Positions 1-10,400 of a stretch of 64,000 bases of DNA are shown piece after piece. A program made the translations under genes and the position numbers. Within the stretch, counting starts at the first letter, position 1, and every line of letters starts with the position of its first letter. The notes beneath the pieces are model-generated. The model did not search any database and was not told where the DNA came from. It saw nothing but the letters and a program-made list of their open reading frames with translations. Source of the stretch: an uncultured delta proteobacterium (GTDB lineage Bacteria; Desulfobacterota; Syntrophobacteria; BM002); the NCBI GenBank assembly GCA_963712115.1, contig CAVQGX010000040.1, positions 11,562-75,561 of the forward strand, written 5' to 3'.

Positions 1-1
1 G

Positions 2-715
2 GAGGCTCTGGAACGTTTGCATTATACTGTCTCCCAGGGAAAAGGGGCCGCCATGCTCATTGGTGGGGTTGGTTGCGGCAAGACCATCATAAGCCATGCC
101 CTGATTGATCGGCTCAGGAAAGACCGCTATCGGGTGGTCGCCATGAGCAATCCAGCTTTTGAGCCAAAGGAATTTCTCGAAATGACCATGAGACTATTCC
201 AGGTCCCAAATGGATATAGCCGATCAAAAGCGGACATGCTGCATTTCCTGGAAGGCCAGTTGAAAAAAAATATGGTGGAGGCCAAAGGCTCTGTGCTTAT
301 AGTTGATGAGGCCCAGGTTATTCACAACGAAAAAACACTGGAGGAACTGCGCATGCTTCTCAACCTCCAGTCAAAAACCAAATTTCTGGTTAACCTTATT
401 CTCCTTGGACAATTGGAGTTGACTGAGCACGTTGCCAAGGTGGCTCCTCTGGATCAAAGAATTTCAATCCGCTACAGACTCACTCCCCTCCCTTATAAAG
501 ACTCTCTTTACTACATCAAACATCGCTTGACTGTGGCAGGTTGCAAGAGATTGCCCTTCACTGCCGAGGCTCTGGAGGCTATTTTCAGATTTACCAAAGG
601 CATCCCTCGGGAAATTAACAACCTCTGCGATCGCAGCCTACTTGCCACCTATCTGGCGGACAAGACTATCGTCAGTCATGAAATCGTTGAGGATGCCTGG
701 AAGGATCTTCAGTGA
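2..715 (+). CDS. ExeA/GspA-family AAA ATPase (5' partial)
   Basis: Walker A GGVGCGKT, Walker B LIVDEAQ, LEELRMLLNL, LLGQLEL, LDQRI and GIPREINNLCD motifs typical of ExeA-like ATPases; frame open to the window edge. Confidence 0.85.
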   Translation, partial: EALERLHYTVSQGKGAAMLIGGVGCGKTIISHALIDRLRKDRYRVVAMSNPAFEPKEFLEMTMRLFQVPNGYSRSKADMLHFLEGQLKKNMVEAKGSVLIVDEAQVIHNEKTLEELRMLLNLQSKTKFLVNLILLGQLELTEHVAKVAPLDQRISIRYRLTPLPYKDSLYYIKHRLTVAGCKRLPFTAEALEAIFRFTKGIPREINNLCDRSLLATYLADKTIVSHEIVEDAWKDLQ

Positions 716-818
716 TCACCGGGCACCGCCTTACCCTAGCCCGGATCAAAATCCCCCCGCCCGCCTCGCCTGAAGGCGAAGCCGATGGCGGGCAGGCCTA
801 ACCCCCGTTTTAAGACCA

Positions 819-909
819 TTGAACATCGAACAGCAGAACAAGGAACCGCAGAATCATGAAGTAATCACTTCATCATTCGATATTCCTTGTTCGATATTCT
901 ACTGTTCAA
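819..909. repeat. Imperfect inverted repeat (hairpin) built of short repeats
   Basis: ttgaaca..gaacaaggaa..atgaagt / acttcat..ttccttgttc..tgttcaa, lying between convergent genes. Confidence 0.6.
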
Positions 910-995
910 AAAAATTTCTTTAAAACCTACACTGCCCCTGCGTCAAATTGGGGGGTGGGATTTATCTCATGGCAGAGAGCTTTTCCCAGGCGACA

Positions 996-2846
996 CTACA
1001 TGAAATATGGTCCAGTGCCTGTGGACGGTTGGTCCGGTCGGACCTGCTGGTGGGAAACTATGGAACGATAGTAATCATTGCTCTCCATGAGTGACTCATG
1101 GGTGCCAATGGCAATCAGGCGGTTTTGATCCAAAAGAAAGATCCGATCGGCATTCATGATAGTAGAAAGCCGGTGGGCCACCACAAAGAGGGTCTTGTTC
1201 TCGATAACAGATGGGAGAGATAGAAAAATGGTCTTTTCCGTCTGGCTATCCAACGCAGAGGTTGGCTCATCCAGCACCAGAATGTCCGGATCTTTCACTA
1301 TGGCCCGGGCTAGGGCCAGGCGCTGTTTTTGTCCTTCCGAAAGTTTAACTCCATCTTCACCGATCTCGGTCTCATAGCCTTCCGGTAGGCTCGCTATGAA
1401 ATCATGGATACCAGCAACTTTGGCCGCCCTTGAGACTTCCTCTTCCCTGGCCTCTGGATTGCCGTAACGAAGGTTTTCCATAATAGATCCGGATAAAAGG
1501 AGTGTGCTCTGAGCGACGTAGCCAATCCGCTGTCGCAATGAACCAAGTTCATAGTCACGTGCCGGTTGGCCATCGAAGTAAATTTCTCCTGCATTGGGCC
1601 TGTAGAAACGGAGGATAAGGCTCAACAACGTGGTCTTACCCACGCCGCTGGGCCCCACAATGGCTACCCGTTCTCCGGGTTGAATGCGGAAGGAGATATT
1701 GTTGAGCACCGGCTCACGCTCGTCGTAGGAGAATGAGACGTTGTTGAACTCAATCTCCCCTCTTAGCCTTTCTGTTTTTTCACCGGCGCCAACATTCTCT
1801 TCCGGAATGATGTCATAGAGAGCCGAAACGCGTTCCAGTGCCGCTCGGGCATTCTGCAATTGAAGGTTGGCACTGGCCAAAAACTGCGCCGGGCCGAATA
1901 CATAGGCCAGGTAGGCTATAAAAGCCAGTAAAGAACCTAAACTCCAATGACCCTGAATCACCCAGTAAGCCCCCAAGGCCAGTATAGTGACCTTTGCCAT
2001 TCCTGGCATGGAATTGATTACCAGATTGGCAACGGAACTTACCGTGGTCTGCTCCAGGGAAATGTGAAATGCCTCTGACAGTTGGGACATGAAACGTTTA
2101 ACTGTGCGCGCTTCAGTGGAGAAGGCCTTGATCAAGGATACCGAAGCGAGAGACTCCTGCAACTGGCTCGTGACATTGGCCTGTTGTTCCATATCCTGGT
2201 GGCTTAAGACGTGAACTTTCTTTGAGAAGTACCTTATACAAAGCACCAGGCCGGGGACGATTAAAAGGACACCAAGGGCAAGCCTCCATTCCAGGTAGAA
2301 AAGCAAAACCACTCCGCCGGCAAATCGCAGGAGATTACTGATTATGTAAGCAATTGTGCTTGAAAAAAACCAGCGCAGCCCATCCACGTCGGAGGAGAGA
2401 CGGGAAATCAAGTAGCCTGTCTGTTTTTCATCGAAGAAAGCCTTGGGAAAGCGCAGGACATGGCTGAAAAGATCTTGCTGGATGTCGAGGGTAACCTCCT
2501 GCTCAAAGCGGGCAAAATAGAATTGCTGCAAGAGGCCTGTTAGTTTCTCCGCCAGGGAGATTCCGGCCAGCAGGAGAATGGCTACTGCCAGGAACCCCAG
2601 CTCACGACTTAGGATCACATCGTCAACCAGATAACGCATGATGAGTGGTTGAGGGATGCCGAGAAAAGAGCTGACCATGATGAGGATGACACCCACTGCA
2701 CCCTTGCGCCAATGGAGACCGATAAAAGGGTGGAGGTTCTCGAGGCTGGTCTTTAAAGACCCGTGGCTCGCCTGACCACCAATACGGTCCTCAGGTAGCT
2801 TTCGCGAAAGCCCTGATTTTAAATATGTCCACCAGCTGTTCTTCAC
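996..2846 (-). CDS. ABC exporter, fused permease/ATP-binding (MsbA-like)
   Basis: N-terminal TM domain; Walker A GPSGVGKT, signature variant LSEGQKQR, Walker B ILVLDE, H-loop AHRLST; no C39 peptidase domain seen. Confidence 0.92.
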   Translation of the reverse strand: MKNSWWTYLKSGLSRKLPEDRIGGQASHGSLKTSLENLHPFIGLHWRKGAVGVILIMVSSFLGIPQPLIMRYLVDDVILSRELGFLAVAILLLAGISLAEKLTGLLQQFYFARFEQEVTLDIQQDLFSHVLRFPKAFFDEKQTGYLISRLSSDVDGLRWFFSSTIAYIISNLLRFAGGVVLLFYLEWRLALGVLLIVPGLVLCIRYFSKKVHVLSHQDMEQQANVTSQLQESLASVSLIKAFSTEARTVKRFMSQLSEAFHISLEQTTVSSVANLVINSMPGMAKVTILALGAYWVIQGHWSLGSLLAFIAYLAYVFGPAQFLASANLQLQNARAALERVSALYDIIPEENVGAGEKTERLRGEIEFNNVSFSYDEREPVLNNISFRIQPGERVAIVGPSGVGKTTLLSLILRFYRPNAGEIYFDGQPARDYELGSLRQRIGYVAQSTLLLSGSIMENLRYGNPEAREEEVSRAAKVAGIHDFIASLPEGYETEIGEDGVKLSEGQKQRLALARAIVKDPDILVLDEPTSALDSQTEKTIFLSLPSVIENKTLFVVAHRLSTIMNADRIFLLDQNRLIAIGTHESLMESNDYYRSIVSHQQVRPDQPSTGTGPYFM

Positions 2847-2849
2847 AAA

Positions 2850-4130
2850 CTAACCTTCTTGTTTCAATGAACCTATCCGTTTGACAACCAGGTCATCAAT
2901 CCATCTAAACCACCTTCTCACATAAGAGAACGGCAGCAGCCAATTACTGGAGGTCGGGTAACAAAATCGCACAATATCAGGATGGGGAAAAAGCAAACGG
3001 AGCAACGACGGAACCCTCTTTAGAAAAAGGGAGGGATTCGCCAGCGACCGTTTCAGCAAAATAGTCACCCAATGGTGCCGCATTGTGTCTGCCCAAACAG
3101 CAGACTCGTCCTCTGTGGGTCGTGGCCAGGTGGAGAAGTCGTCGAATCCGTCCGGCAGCTCGAGTCCGGCCCAGACTTGAGCCATTTTCAGGCAATGTTC
3201 CAAGGGCAGCCGAGCCCTCCAGGCGACGCTCCTCTCCTGTAATGCTTCCCAGTCATTGTCCACTTGAAGTTGTTGGGCAAGCAATGCCGTGTCATAAATC
3301 CAACTTAACCGCATTTCATTTTTATGGATCATTACTAAGTGAATTGCCGAATGAATGAGATAGTCCACTGGGTGCAGGGTTTCGAAAGCGAGAGTTGGGG
3401 TCTCAACCTTCCAACCCCTCTGAAAAAGATCCTGTATGTCAACCTCTTCACTGCCCTTAAAAAAGGGGTGCAGTTCCCAGTGGACCCAGTGCAGATCAAC
3501 CGGAAACTTGTTACCGTGATTTCCTTGATGGACAAAGCACTCCTCGCGGAAAAAGTCCCTGGCGGTTTCGAACCTCTTTGCCAGGCATCTGTAGCCCAAC
3601 CTCTCCAATATACCTCGCGCCTGAACCACTTGATCCGGAATCACCAACAGGTCAAGATCACAGCTGGACCTCATGGCTGGATCTGGATACAGTGAAAATG
3701 CCAGGGCAGGTCCACGCAGAACCAGCACTCGAATACCTTGTTCCCGGAACGCCTCAATGATTTCCTGGAGCTGCCTTTCCATGTGAAGAGAACGTACAAC
3801 ACTGATGAGAAAATCCTGCCTCATTTCATCGGTGATCGGTTCCGGTGGGCGACATTCCGGCGGCAAAGAGCCAATTTTTCGATAAACAAAAGGGATTATC
3901 CAGTTAGCTCGGAGGAAATTTAGCAGGCTAGACCATTCATTTGAAGATGCCGCTGGAGCCAGGGGAGATTCATCTTTCAAAACTGATTTTACGTAGGCAA
4001 GAAGTTCATCTGAGAGATTAAGAAGGTACTTATCTGAAATTCCACAGAGCTTCATACTCGGGTGAATGCTTTGCATCGTCTCTTTCAACGTGAAAGCTCT
4101 TTCGGAATCTATTATGATTGCTTCACTCAT
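2850..4130 (-). CDS. Nucleotidyltransferase family protein (NTP_transf_5-like, RiPP-cluster type)
   Basis: VLVLRGPALA..LYPDPAMRSSCDLDLLV, VDLHW, HSAIH and RLSWIYD motifs; 3 nt from the ABC gene. Confidence 0.85.
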   Translation of the reverse strand: MSEAIIIDSERAFTLKETMQSIHPSMKLCGISDKYLLNLSDELLAYVKSVLKDESPLAPAASSNEWSSLLNFLRANWIIPFVYRKIGSLPPECRPPEPITDEMRQDFLISVVRSLHMERQLQEIIEAFREQGIRVLVLRGPALAFSLYPDPAMRSSCDLDLLVIPDQVVQARGILERLGYRCLAKRFETARDFFREECFVHQGNHGNKFPVDLHWVHWELHPFFKGSEEVDIQDLFQRGWKVETPTLAFETLHPVDYLIHSAIHLVMIHKNEMRLSWIYDTALLAQQLQVDNDWEALQERSVAWRARLPLEHCLKMAQVWAGLELPDGFDDFSTWPRPTEDESAVWADTMRHHWVTILLKRSLANPSLFLKRVPSLLRLLFPHPDIVRFCYPTSSNWLLPFSYVRRWFRWIDDLVVKRIGSLKQEG

Positions 4131-4189
4131 CGGAGATCACTCTCAGCCTTGTCCACCATTACTCCAACACTCCAATCCTATAAAGTTCA

Positions 4190-4205
4190 AGCAAACTTCA
4201 TGCCG
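4190..4205 (-). promoter_or_regulatory. Putative sigma-54 promoter (-24/-12)
   Basis: Minus strand CGGCAT-GAAGT-TTGCT (GG-N10-GC), 60 nt upstream of the nucleotidyltransferase start. Confidence 0.6.
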
Positions 4206-4721
4206 CTGGTTTTGCATCTTGATCTTTGTCTGTTCGGCCAATGCCGAATGATGAAATTGCCTTTTCCATCTGCACTGAAACAAACACATTGGTGACTGAA
4301 TTCGAGCTGGGAAGAGGTAGGGTGAAAACAGAAGGTCAGACATCGGGGCCGACAGAGGTTGCATTGGCTTTCTGTGTTTGGGGTCCTAGCATTTCAAGTA
4401 ACAGAAATTTCGAGATCTATAAACCATCACGTCCGCAATTACAACCCTTGGGACAAGGAGCCAGGAGCCAGTTTTGCCGGTTTAGCCGGTTGTACTCAGC
4501 AGGCAGCAGACAGCTTGCAGCTGGCAGCAAGAAATCTCAGCTTTACAATGTCCTGTAGGAGCAAGCTTCGCTTGCGATTTGAAGGCTCCCCCCTTTTACA
4601 ACAAATGACAGCGCAGCCCAGTGACTTAATGACGCCGAAGGCAAATGACAGTGAAACGTCTCGGCCCAAGAATTGCAATGGTCTGAAGGTCACAACAAGA
4701 GTCAATCCTCGGAGAATTTAC

Positions 4722-5021
4722 ATGAACACTTTAGACACCTGTTTTGCCAAAGAGAAGGATCTCGTCACCAGAGATGTCGCCGGCGAGAGCATTATCGTGC
4801 CCATCAAGGGTCACGTGGGTGATCTGGAGGGAGTTTTTACCCTTAGTGAAGTGGGCGCCATGATCTGGCAACTCATCGACGGGCAGAAAACCGTTCGGCA
4901 GCTAATGGAAGCTGTGAAAAACGAGTACGATGTTGGGGCCGGGGAGGCGGAAAAAGACCTTTTAGATTTCCTCCGATCTCTCGAAGGTTCCGGACTGATC
5001 AAGCCGTCTGGAGCAACTTGA
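4722..5021 (+). CDS. PqqD-family protein / RiPP recognition element (RRE), 99 aa
   Basis: VTRDVAGESIIVP..FTLSEVGAMIWQLIDGQKTV..EYDV..AEKDLLDFL pattern; GGAG RBS at 4711 supports ATG 4722. Confidence 0.9.
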   Translation: MNTLDTCFAKEKDLVTRDVAGESIIVPIKGHVGDLEGVFTLSEVGAMIWQLIDGQKTVRQLMEAVKNEYDVGAGEAEKDLLDFLRSLEGSGLIKPSGAT

Positions 5022-5046
5022 AACTGACGATGCCATGCCATCACCA

Positions 5047-5073
5047 GTCATCCCCGCGCAGGCGGGGATCCAG
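5047..5073. repeat. REP-like palindrome
   Basis: gtcatccccgcgcaggcggggatccag hairpin. Confidence 0.6.
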
Positions 5074-5137
5074 TTAGGTCGAAGCCTCAAGGCATGCAAG
5101 ACTGAATTATTGAACACTCTCAGGTTAGAGATAAACC

Positions 5138-6259
5138 ATGGAAACGGTTAGCTATAAGGATTTTGCCCTTGGCATTTCCCATCGGGTTTCAGGCAAGCGC
5201 ATCCCCTTGCGCGGGACCATTGAGGTAACCCGTCGCTGCCCCTTAACATGTGCCCACTGTTACAACAACCTGCCCTTAAAGGATCAACAGGCCCTTGACG
5301 GCGAACTTTCCTTCGATGAGCACTGTCGTATTGTGGATGAGATTGTGGAGGCGGGCTGCTTCTGGCTCCTTTATACGGGTGGGGAGATCTTCGCCAGACA
5401 GGATTTCATTGATATCTACAAGCACGCAAAGCAGCAAGGCTTGCTCATCACCTTGTTTACCAATGCAATCCTGATCAATAAAAAAATCGCCGATTCTCTG
5501 GCCGACTGCCCACCTCACTACATTGAAATCAGCCTGTACGGACACACCAAGAAAACCTACGAAAAGATAACCGGCAGACCAGGCTCTTTCGAACTCTGCC
5601 TGGGAGGAATCCAGTTGCTCATGGAGCGTAAGATCCCCGTCAAGCTCAAGACAGTTACCATGACATTAAACAAGCATGAGATCTGGGAGATGAAGCGGTT
5701 TGTGGAGGAAGACCTGGGCTTGGAATTCAGGTTCGATGCCATGATCAACCCGCGGCTTGACGGCTCTCAGGGCCCTCTGGCCCTCAGGCTTACACCGGAA
5801 GAGGTGGTGGACCTCGATCTGCAGGACCCGGAACGGCTGGCAGAGTGGAACCGGTTCTGCGAGCGCCATACCGGACCTCGCATCGAGTCAAAACAGTCCC
5901 ATGACCTCTATCAGTGCGGTGGTGGGGTGGGCTCCTTTGCCATTGATCCTTCAGGAAACCTCACTCTCTGCGGCATGTCTGCCAGTGCCACCTATGACCT
6001 TAGACAAGGTACTTTTCGAGATGGCTGGGAAGATTTTATTTCGAGGGTCCGACAGAAAAAGATCACCAGGCAGACCAAGTGTTTTGCCTGTGAGATCAAA
6101 GCCATGTGTGGGATGTGTCCAGCCAACGGTGAGTTAGAAAAAGGAGACCCGGAAGAACCCGTGGATTTTCTTTGCCGCGTCGCCCATCTTCGGGCACATG
6201 CCCTCGGCTTGACCGTGCCCCCCCATGGTGATTGTGAATACTGCAAAAATCCTCTCTAA
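5138..6259 (+). CDS. Radical SAM/SPASM peptide maturase (PqqE-like)
   Basis: CPLTCAHC (CxxxCxxC), YTGGE; C-terminal SPASM Cys pattern CGGG..LC..CFACEIKAMCGMC..C; follows the RRE gene. Confidence 0.92.
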   Translation: METVSYKDFALGISHRVSGKRIPLRGTIEVTRRCPLTCAHCYNNLPLKDQQALDGELSFDEHCRIVDEIVEAGCFWLLYTGGEIFARQDFIDIYKHAKQQGLLITLFTNAILINKKIADSLADCPPHYIEISLYGHTKKTYEKITGRPGSFELCLGGIQLLMERKIPVKLKTVTMTLNKHEIWEMKRFVEEDLGLEFRFDAMINPRLDGSQGPLALRLTPEEVVDLDLQDPERLAEWNRFCERHTGPRIESKQSHDLYQCGGGVGSFAIDPSGNLTLCGMSASATYDLRQGTFRDGWEDFISRVRQKKITRQTKCFACEIKAMCGMCPANGELEKGDPEEPVDFLCRVAHLRAHALGLTVPPHGDCEYCKNPL

Positions 6260-6369
6260 AACCCCCTCCCCTAACGCCTCTAGCTCCTCTACCAGTCCCG
6301 GCGCACGATCATAGTTCGTGTCCATCTGAAATACAATAATCTCCTCCCACCAGAGAATGTTTCGCAATT

Positions 6370-6486
6370 CGTCATCCCGGCCAAGTCCGCCTGCGGCGGA
6401 CGCGAGCCGGGATCCAGAAAGAATCTTATTATATTTGGCTTTCACTGGATTCCGGATATCCGCCGGCGGCGGATTCCGGAATGACG
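6370..6486. repeat. Paired inverted REP-like elements
   Basis: cgtcatcccggc...gccgggatccag and ctggattccgga...tccggaatgacg in inverted orientation, each with an internal hairpin. Confidence 0.65.
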
Positions 6487-6577
6487 GGTTAGGGACATTG
6501 CGACACAGTCGCCCAGGCAACACTTTGTATAAAAATCATAAAATTATTTAATACTTAAGAACTATTTTTATACTGAC

Positions 6578-7110
6578 TCTGTGCCTAGTCCTTAGTGCCT
6601 AGTATCAAGCTGCCTTCTGCCTTCCGTCCTCTGACTTCTGACCTCCGACCTCTGACTTCTTACCCTCTACCCTCTGCCCCATACTCCATGCCTTCCCAAA
6701 TCCGCAATCCGAAATCCTATTTCCTGTCCTCCGACCACTGACCCCTACCTTCTACAATAAATGACAGCGAAGCGTATTGACCTAATGACGGCGAAGCCAA
6801 GTGACAGCGTAGCGCCTCCTTGGCCATTTGGCCAAATCTGTCCTCTGTTCTCCGACCTCTGACCTCCGACCTCTGATCTCTCATCAATTCTCTCCGCGTC
6901 CCCGCGTCGCCCCTCTGTGCCTAGTGCTTAGTGCATAGTGCCTAGTGGTCAGCTGCCTGCTGCCTGCTGCCTTCCCAAATCCGAAATCCGCAATTCGAAA
7001 TCCGCATTTCTGCCCTCTGTCCTCTGACTTCTGACCTCCGACTTCTGACCTCTTTCCCTCTGCTCCATGCCCTATGCTCTATGCTCATGACCATTTAGCC
7101 AATCACCATT
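6578..7110. repeat. Mosaic array of degenerate ~7-nt tandem repeats
   Basis: Blocks of gtgccta, gctgcct, cctctga/cttctga/cctccga, aatccgc/aatccga and ctatgct units; no ORF of 60 aa or more. Confidence 0.85.
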
Positions 7111-7327
7111 TGTCCTCTGGCCAAGTTTTTGCAAACCCGTAGAAAAGGCTACAAAACCGGTAAATTTATAACTATATGATTCTACTTATTTTTTACTATT
7201 CCAGTGACCATTTCCGGTCGTTGTTCCCCATCTTGTCAGCAGAGGAGCAGAATTTTCCAGTTCGATTAGGAACAAAATTACATTTTAACAGCATGAAATA
7301 TCTAGAAAAAACGTGAATTGCTGAATT

Positions 7328-7342
7328 TGGCACACCCTTTGC
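7328..7342 (+). promoter_or_regulatory. Sigma-54 promoter (-24/-12)
   Basis: TGGCAC-ACCCT-TTGC consensus ~115 nt upstream of GTG 7458; second GG-N10-GC match at 7118-7133; IHF-like AT-rich sites near 7169 and 7286. Confidence 0.75.
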
Positions 7343-7457
7343 GTAAAAGTTAGCCAATATTAAATGGTTGCTACAGCTTATTGCGCCGGACTTTGATAAC
7401 TATGATGAAAAGACCTTGCCAAAATAACGCCCCTCTTGATTTCTCAGGGCATATCTT

Positions 7458-10400
7458 GTGAAGTCAGCGGGGTACTCAATCTTTCGACGGACTCTCATGC
7501 TCCTTTTGTCGACCGTGATTCTTGTGGTCACGGCATCCGGGGCCCAGCCCATCACCTGGTCCGGCGAACTCCTTACGAACCCGGGATTCGAGACGGGGTT
7601 CAACCGGATGGACCAATTCGGACAAAGTGTGAGCATAGGATATCAATGCGTCAACAACTGCGACGCGAATCCTCATTCTGGCTCCAACGTGGCATACTGG
7701 ACGGCCCCTTCTGGCTCATCCAATTATCTCTTCAAACAGTCAATCTATCAGGTTATGCAAGCGACATCGATGCCGGAAAGGCAGTCATCAATGCGACAGG
7801 GTGGTTCATTTCTGATGAGTATCCCTGCTCAAGATTTGTTTTATATGCAGGTGAGGTTTTATGACGGATCGAGTAGTGAGATCGTTGCCGACAGGTATGA
7901 CACCGGAACTCAAGAGGTGGCAACTTGGACGCAATACGGTATCACAGGGTACACCATTCCCAACGGCGCGCGGTCGGTTGAGATTCGTTTCAACACATGG
8001 GAGGATACCTGGGGTGGGGGTTCGGCGGACGATTTTTCGGTGGAGGTGGGAACACCATGCGGTGGTGGCTCCTTTGACCAGTGTGATACCTTCAACAGCT
8101 ATTCCGGCGATCCGGATTGTCTCTCAAGGCCTACTTTTGGCAACTGGACCAGCCAGGCCGGTTCTGATGGCGCTAACGGATGGGCTACCGATCCTAATAG
8201 TCCCCGCCTCCGGCACTACCGGCCCCGGCACACCAATAGACGGATCTTATTTGTATCTGGAAAGTTCGGCAAGTAGCCAGACTTGCGGCAGTGATGTCAC
8301 TGCCGGAAGTTCTCAGTATGTAGAAAGCAATACCATTGATGCCAGTTCATACGCATTATCATTTGAGTTTGACTGGAACATGAATGTCAATGACAATACC
8401 GATGCCTCGCTTCATGTTGATGCGTGGAACGGATCTTCATGGGATTTAGATGTTAACGGCAGCGCGATCAACAACGGTAACAATACAGACGTATGGGTTT
8501 CACAACCGGCGATTGATCTTTCATCCTATACTAATTCGGATTTCAAAATCAGGATCAGGTACGTCGTTGGCAATGGCACCATCTATCAGAATGATGTGGC
8601 TGTGGATAATCTTTGTATTCATGGAGATTTGCGACTAGCCACTTCCTCCCTGACCCAAACCCACTACCGCTGGCGCAATGATGATGGGGGAGAATCGGCG
8701 TCGGCGGGTTGGTGGAACGTAAGCTATCTTTACAGAAAGAAGGTCACCTTCGGAACTAGTCACTCTTTGCTCCCTCTTGGTTACACCGTCACGGTGCCCA
8801 TGGATACCAGACCGGCGAACACCAACGTTGAACTAACATCCGGCAACGATGTTCGCGTGGTGTGGCAGCCCACGGCAGGGGGTGCTGTGGAACTGGCCCG
8901 AATCGGCGACACCTGGAACAGCACCGCAACGAATATTGACTTCCGTCTGCAGTCGGATATCGGCGCCAATCTCAACGAGGATGCGGACGGCAGCTACTAC
9001 ATCTATTACGGTAATGCCGCTGCGGGAACGCCGCCGACCAATGAAATGAACGTGTATTATTTTGCGGACTTTTTCACTCGAGCGAATAGCTCAACAGTAG
9101 GCAATGGCTGGACGGAATGGAACGATGGAACAAGCAATATGTACATTCAAGGGAATGCCTTATATTCCCTAGGAAATAATGTTGGACCCCCTGATGCAGG
9201 CGTAAAGCAAAGCTTGGGCCTGGGAGCGATCACCGGCAATTTCACTTTGTCTTTTAATGTGACCATTCAGACGAATGCAGAGGGGACCTGGACGCATTAT
9301 GTCAATGTGGGAAATTCAGCCACAATGCTGAACTCCAGTCGTACGACCGGAGTGGGTCCAGGTATTTACTTCGGTGAAGGCACTCATTTTGTGCCGGACA
9401 GTGGAAATTACAATATCAGCAATGATCTGAGCGGCAATATGGAGACCGGCGTAACCGGCGCTCAAAGTATCAGAGTGGTGGTGAATACGGGGGCAAACAC
9501 CTATGACTATTACCGGGGGGGTACCCTTCGCTCATCAGGACAGAATTTTGTCAACAACGGTGTGACCCTCAATCAGATTCGTATTGCCAATGACCAGTAT
9601 AGCAACACCGAGGCTGCCTTCATTTACGACAATGTAAAGATCGTTCTGGATGTGGCTGATGCGCCCGAGGAAACTTTGGGCAGTGAAGATGTCTATCAGC
9701 CGAGCGGCGCCACCTGGGCGGCCGACGAAGACCAACCGCTCACCGGTCTGGCCAAGGGCACGAACATCCGTGTCCGCTTCCTTGTATCCAACGAGGGAAC
9801 TGGGCCTTCAGGTACGGTGGCATATCAACTTGAGGTGGCAGAAACCGCTGCCTGCGGTTCCGGCAGCTACAGTGCGGTGCCGGGTACTGCTAGTCCTGGT
9901 GATCACTGGGAAATTGTGGACTCTGGCTATATTACTGACGGGGAAAGCACCTTTAATATTGATCCAGGTCTGACCGACCCGCTGACTGGTAATTTTACAA
10001 ACGGTGAGCTGCGAGATGATAACTCCAACACAACGGGGCCCATCGATCTAGGTGCAGGCGATTTTACCGAGATCGAGTTTGCCATCCAGGCGACCAAATC
10101 TGCTACAGGCAGTGGTGATTACTGTTTTCGATTATATGACACCACGGGTGGCGCACCTCTGGATACCTACTCCGTGTATGCACAAGTGCAGCTGGACGAT
10201 GGTGTCTTTGGTTACCGAAAACCGATCACTATACCTGCCGCGAGCATGGGGGCAGGTTGCACGGCGGACCTCACTGACTTCCCGGTGCTTATCAGCATCA
10301 CAGACTCCGACCTAACGAGCAAGGCGAGAAGTGATGGCTATGACATTATCTTCAGGGCTCTGGATGACGGTACCTGCGGGGGGGCGGGGACAGCACCCTG

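Noticed and set aside
4359-4721. N-terminal extension of the PqqD ORF (220 aa call)
   Set aside because: It translates intergenic repeats; the RBS and domain start support ATG 4722.
4722-6259. PQQ biosynthesis (pqqD/pqqE)
   Set aside because: No pqqA (ExxxY peptide), pqqB or pqqC in the window; the context fits a different RiPP.
6578-7110. CRISPR array
   Set aside because: No constant 23-47 nt repeat with unique spacers, and no cas genes.
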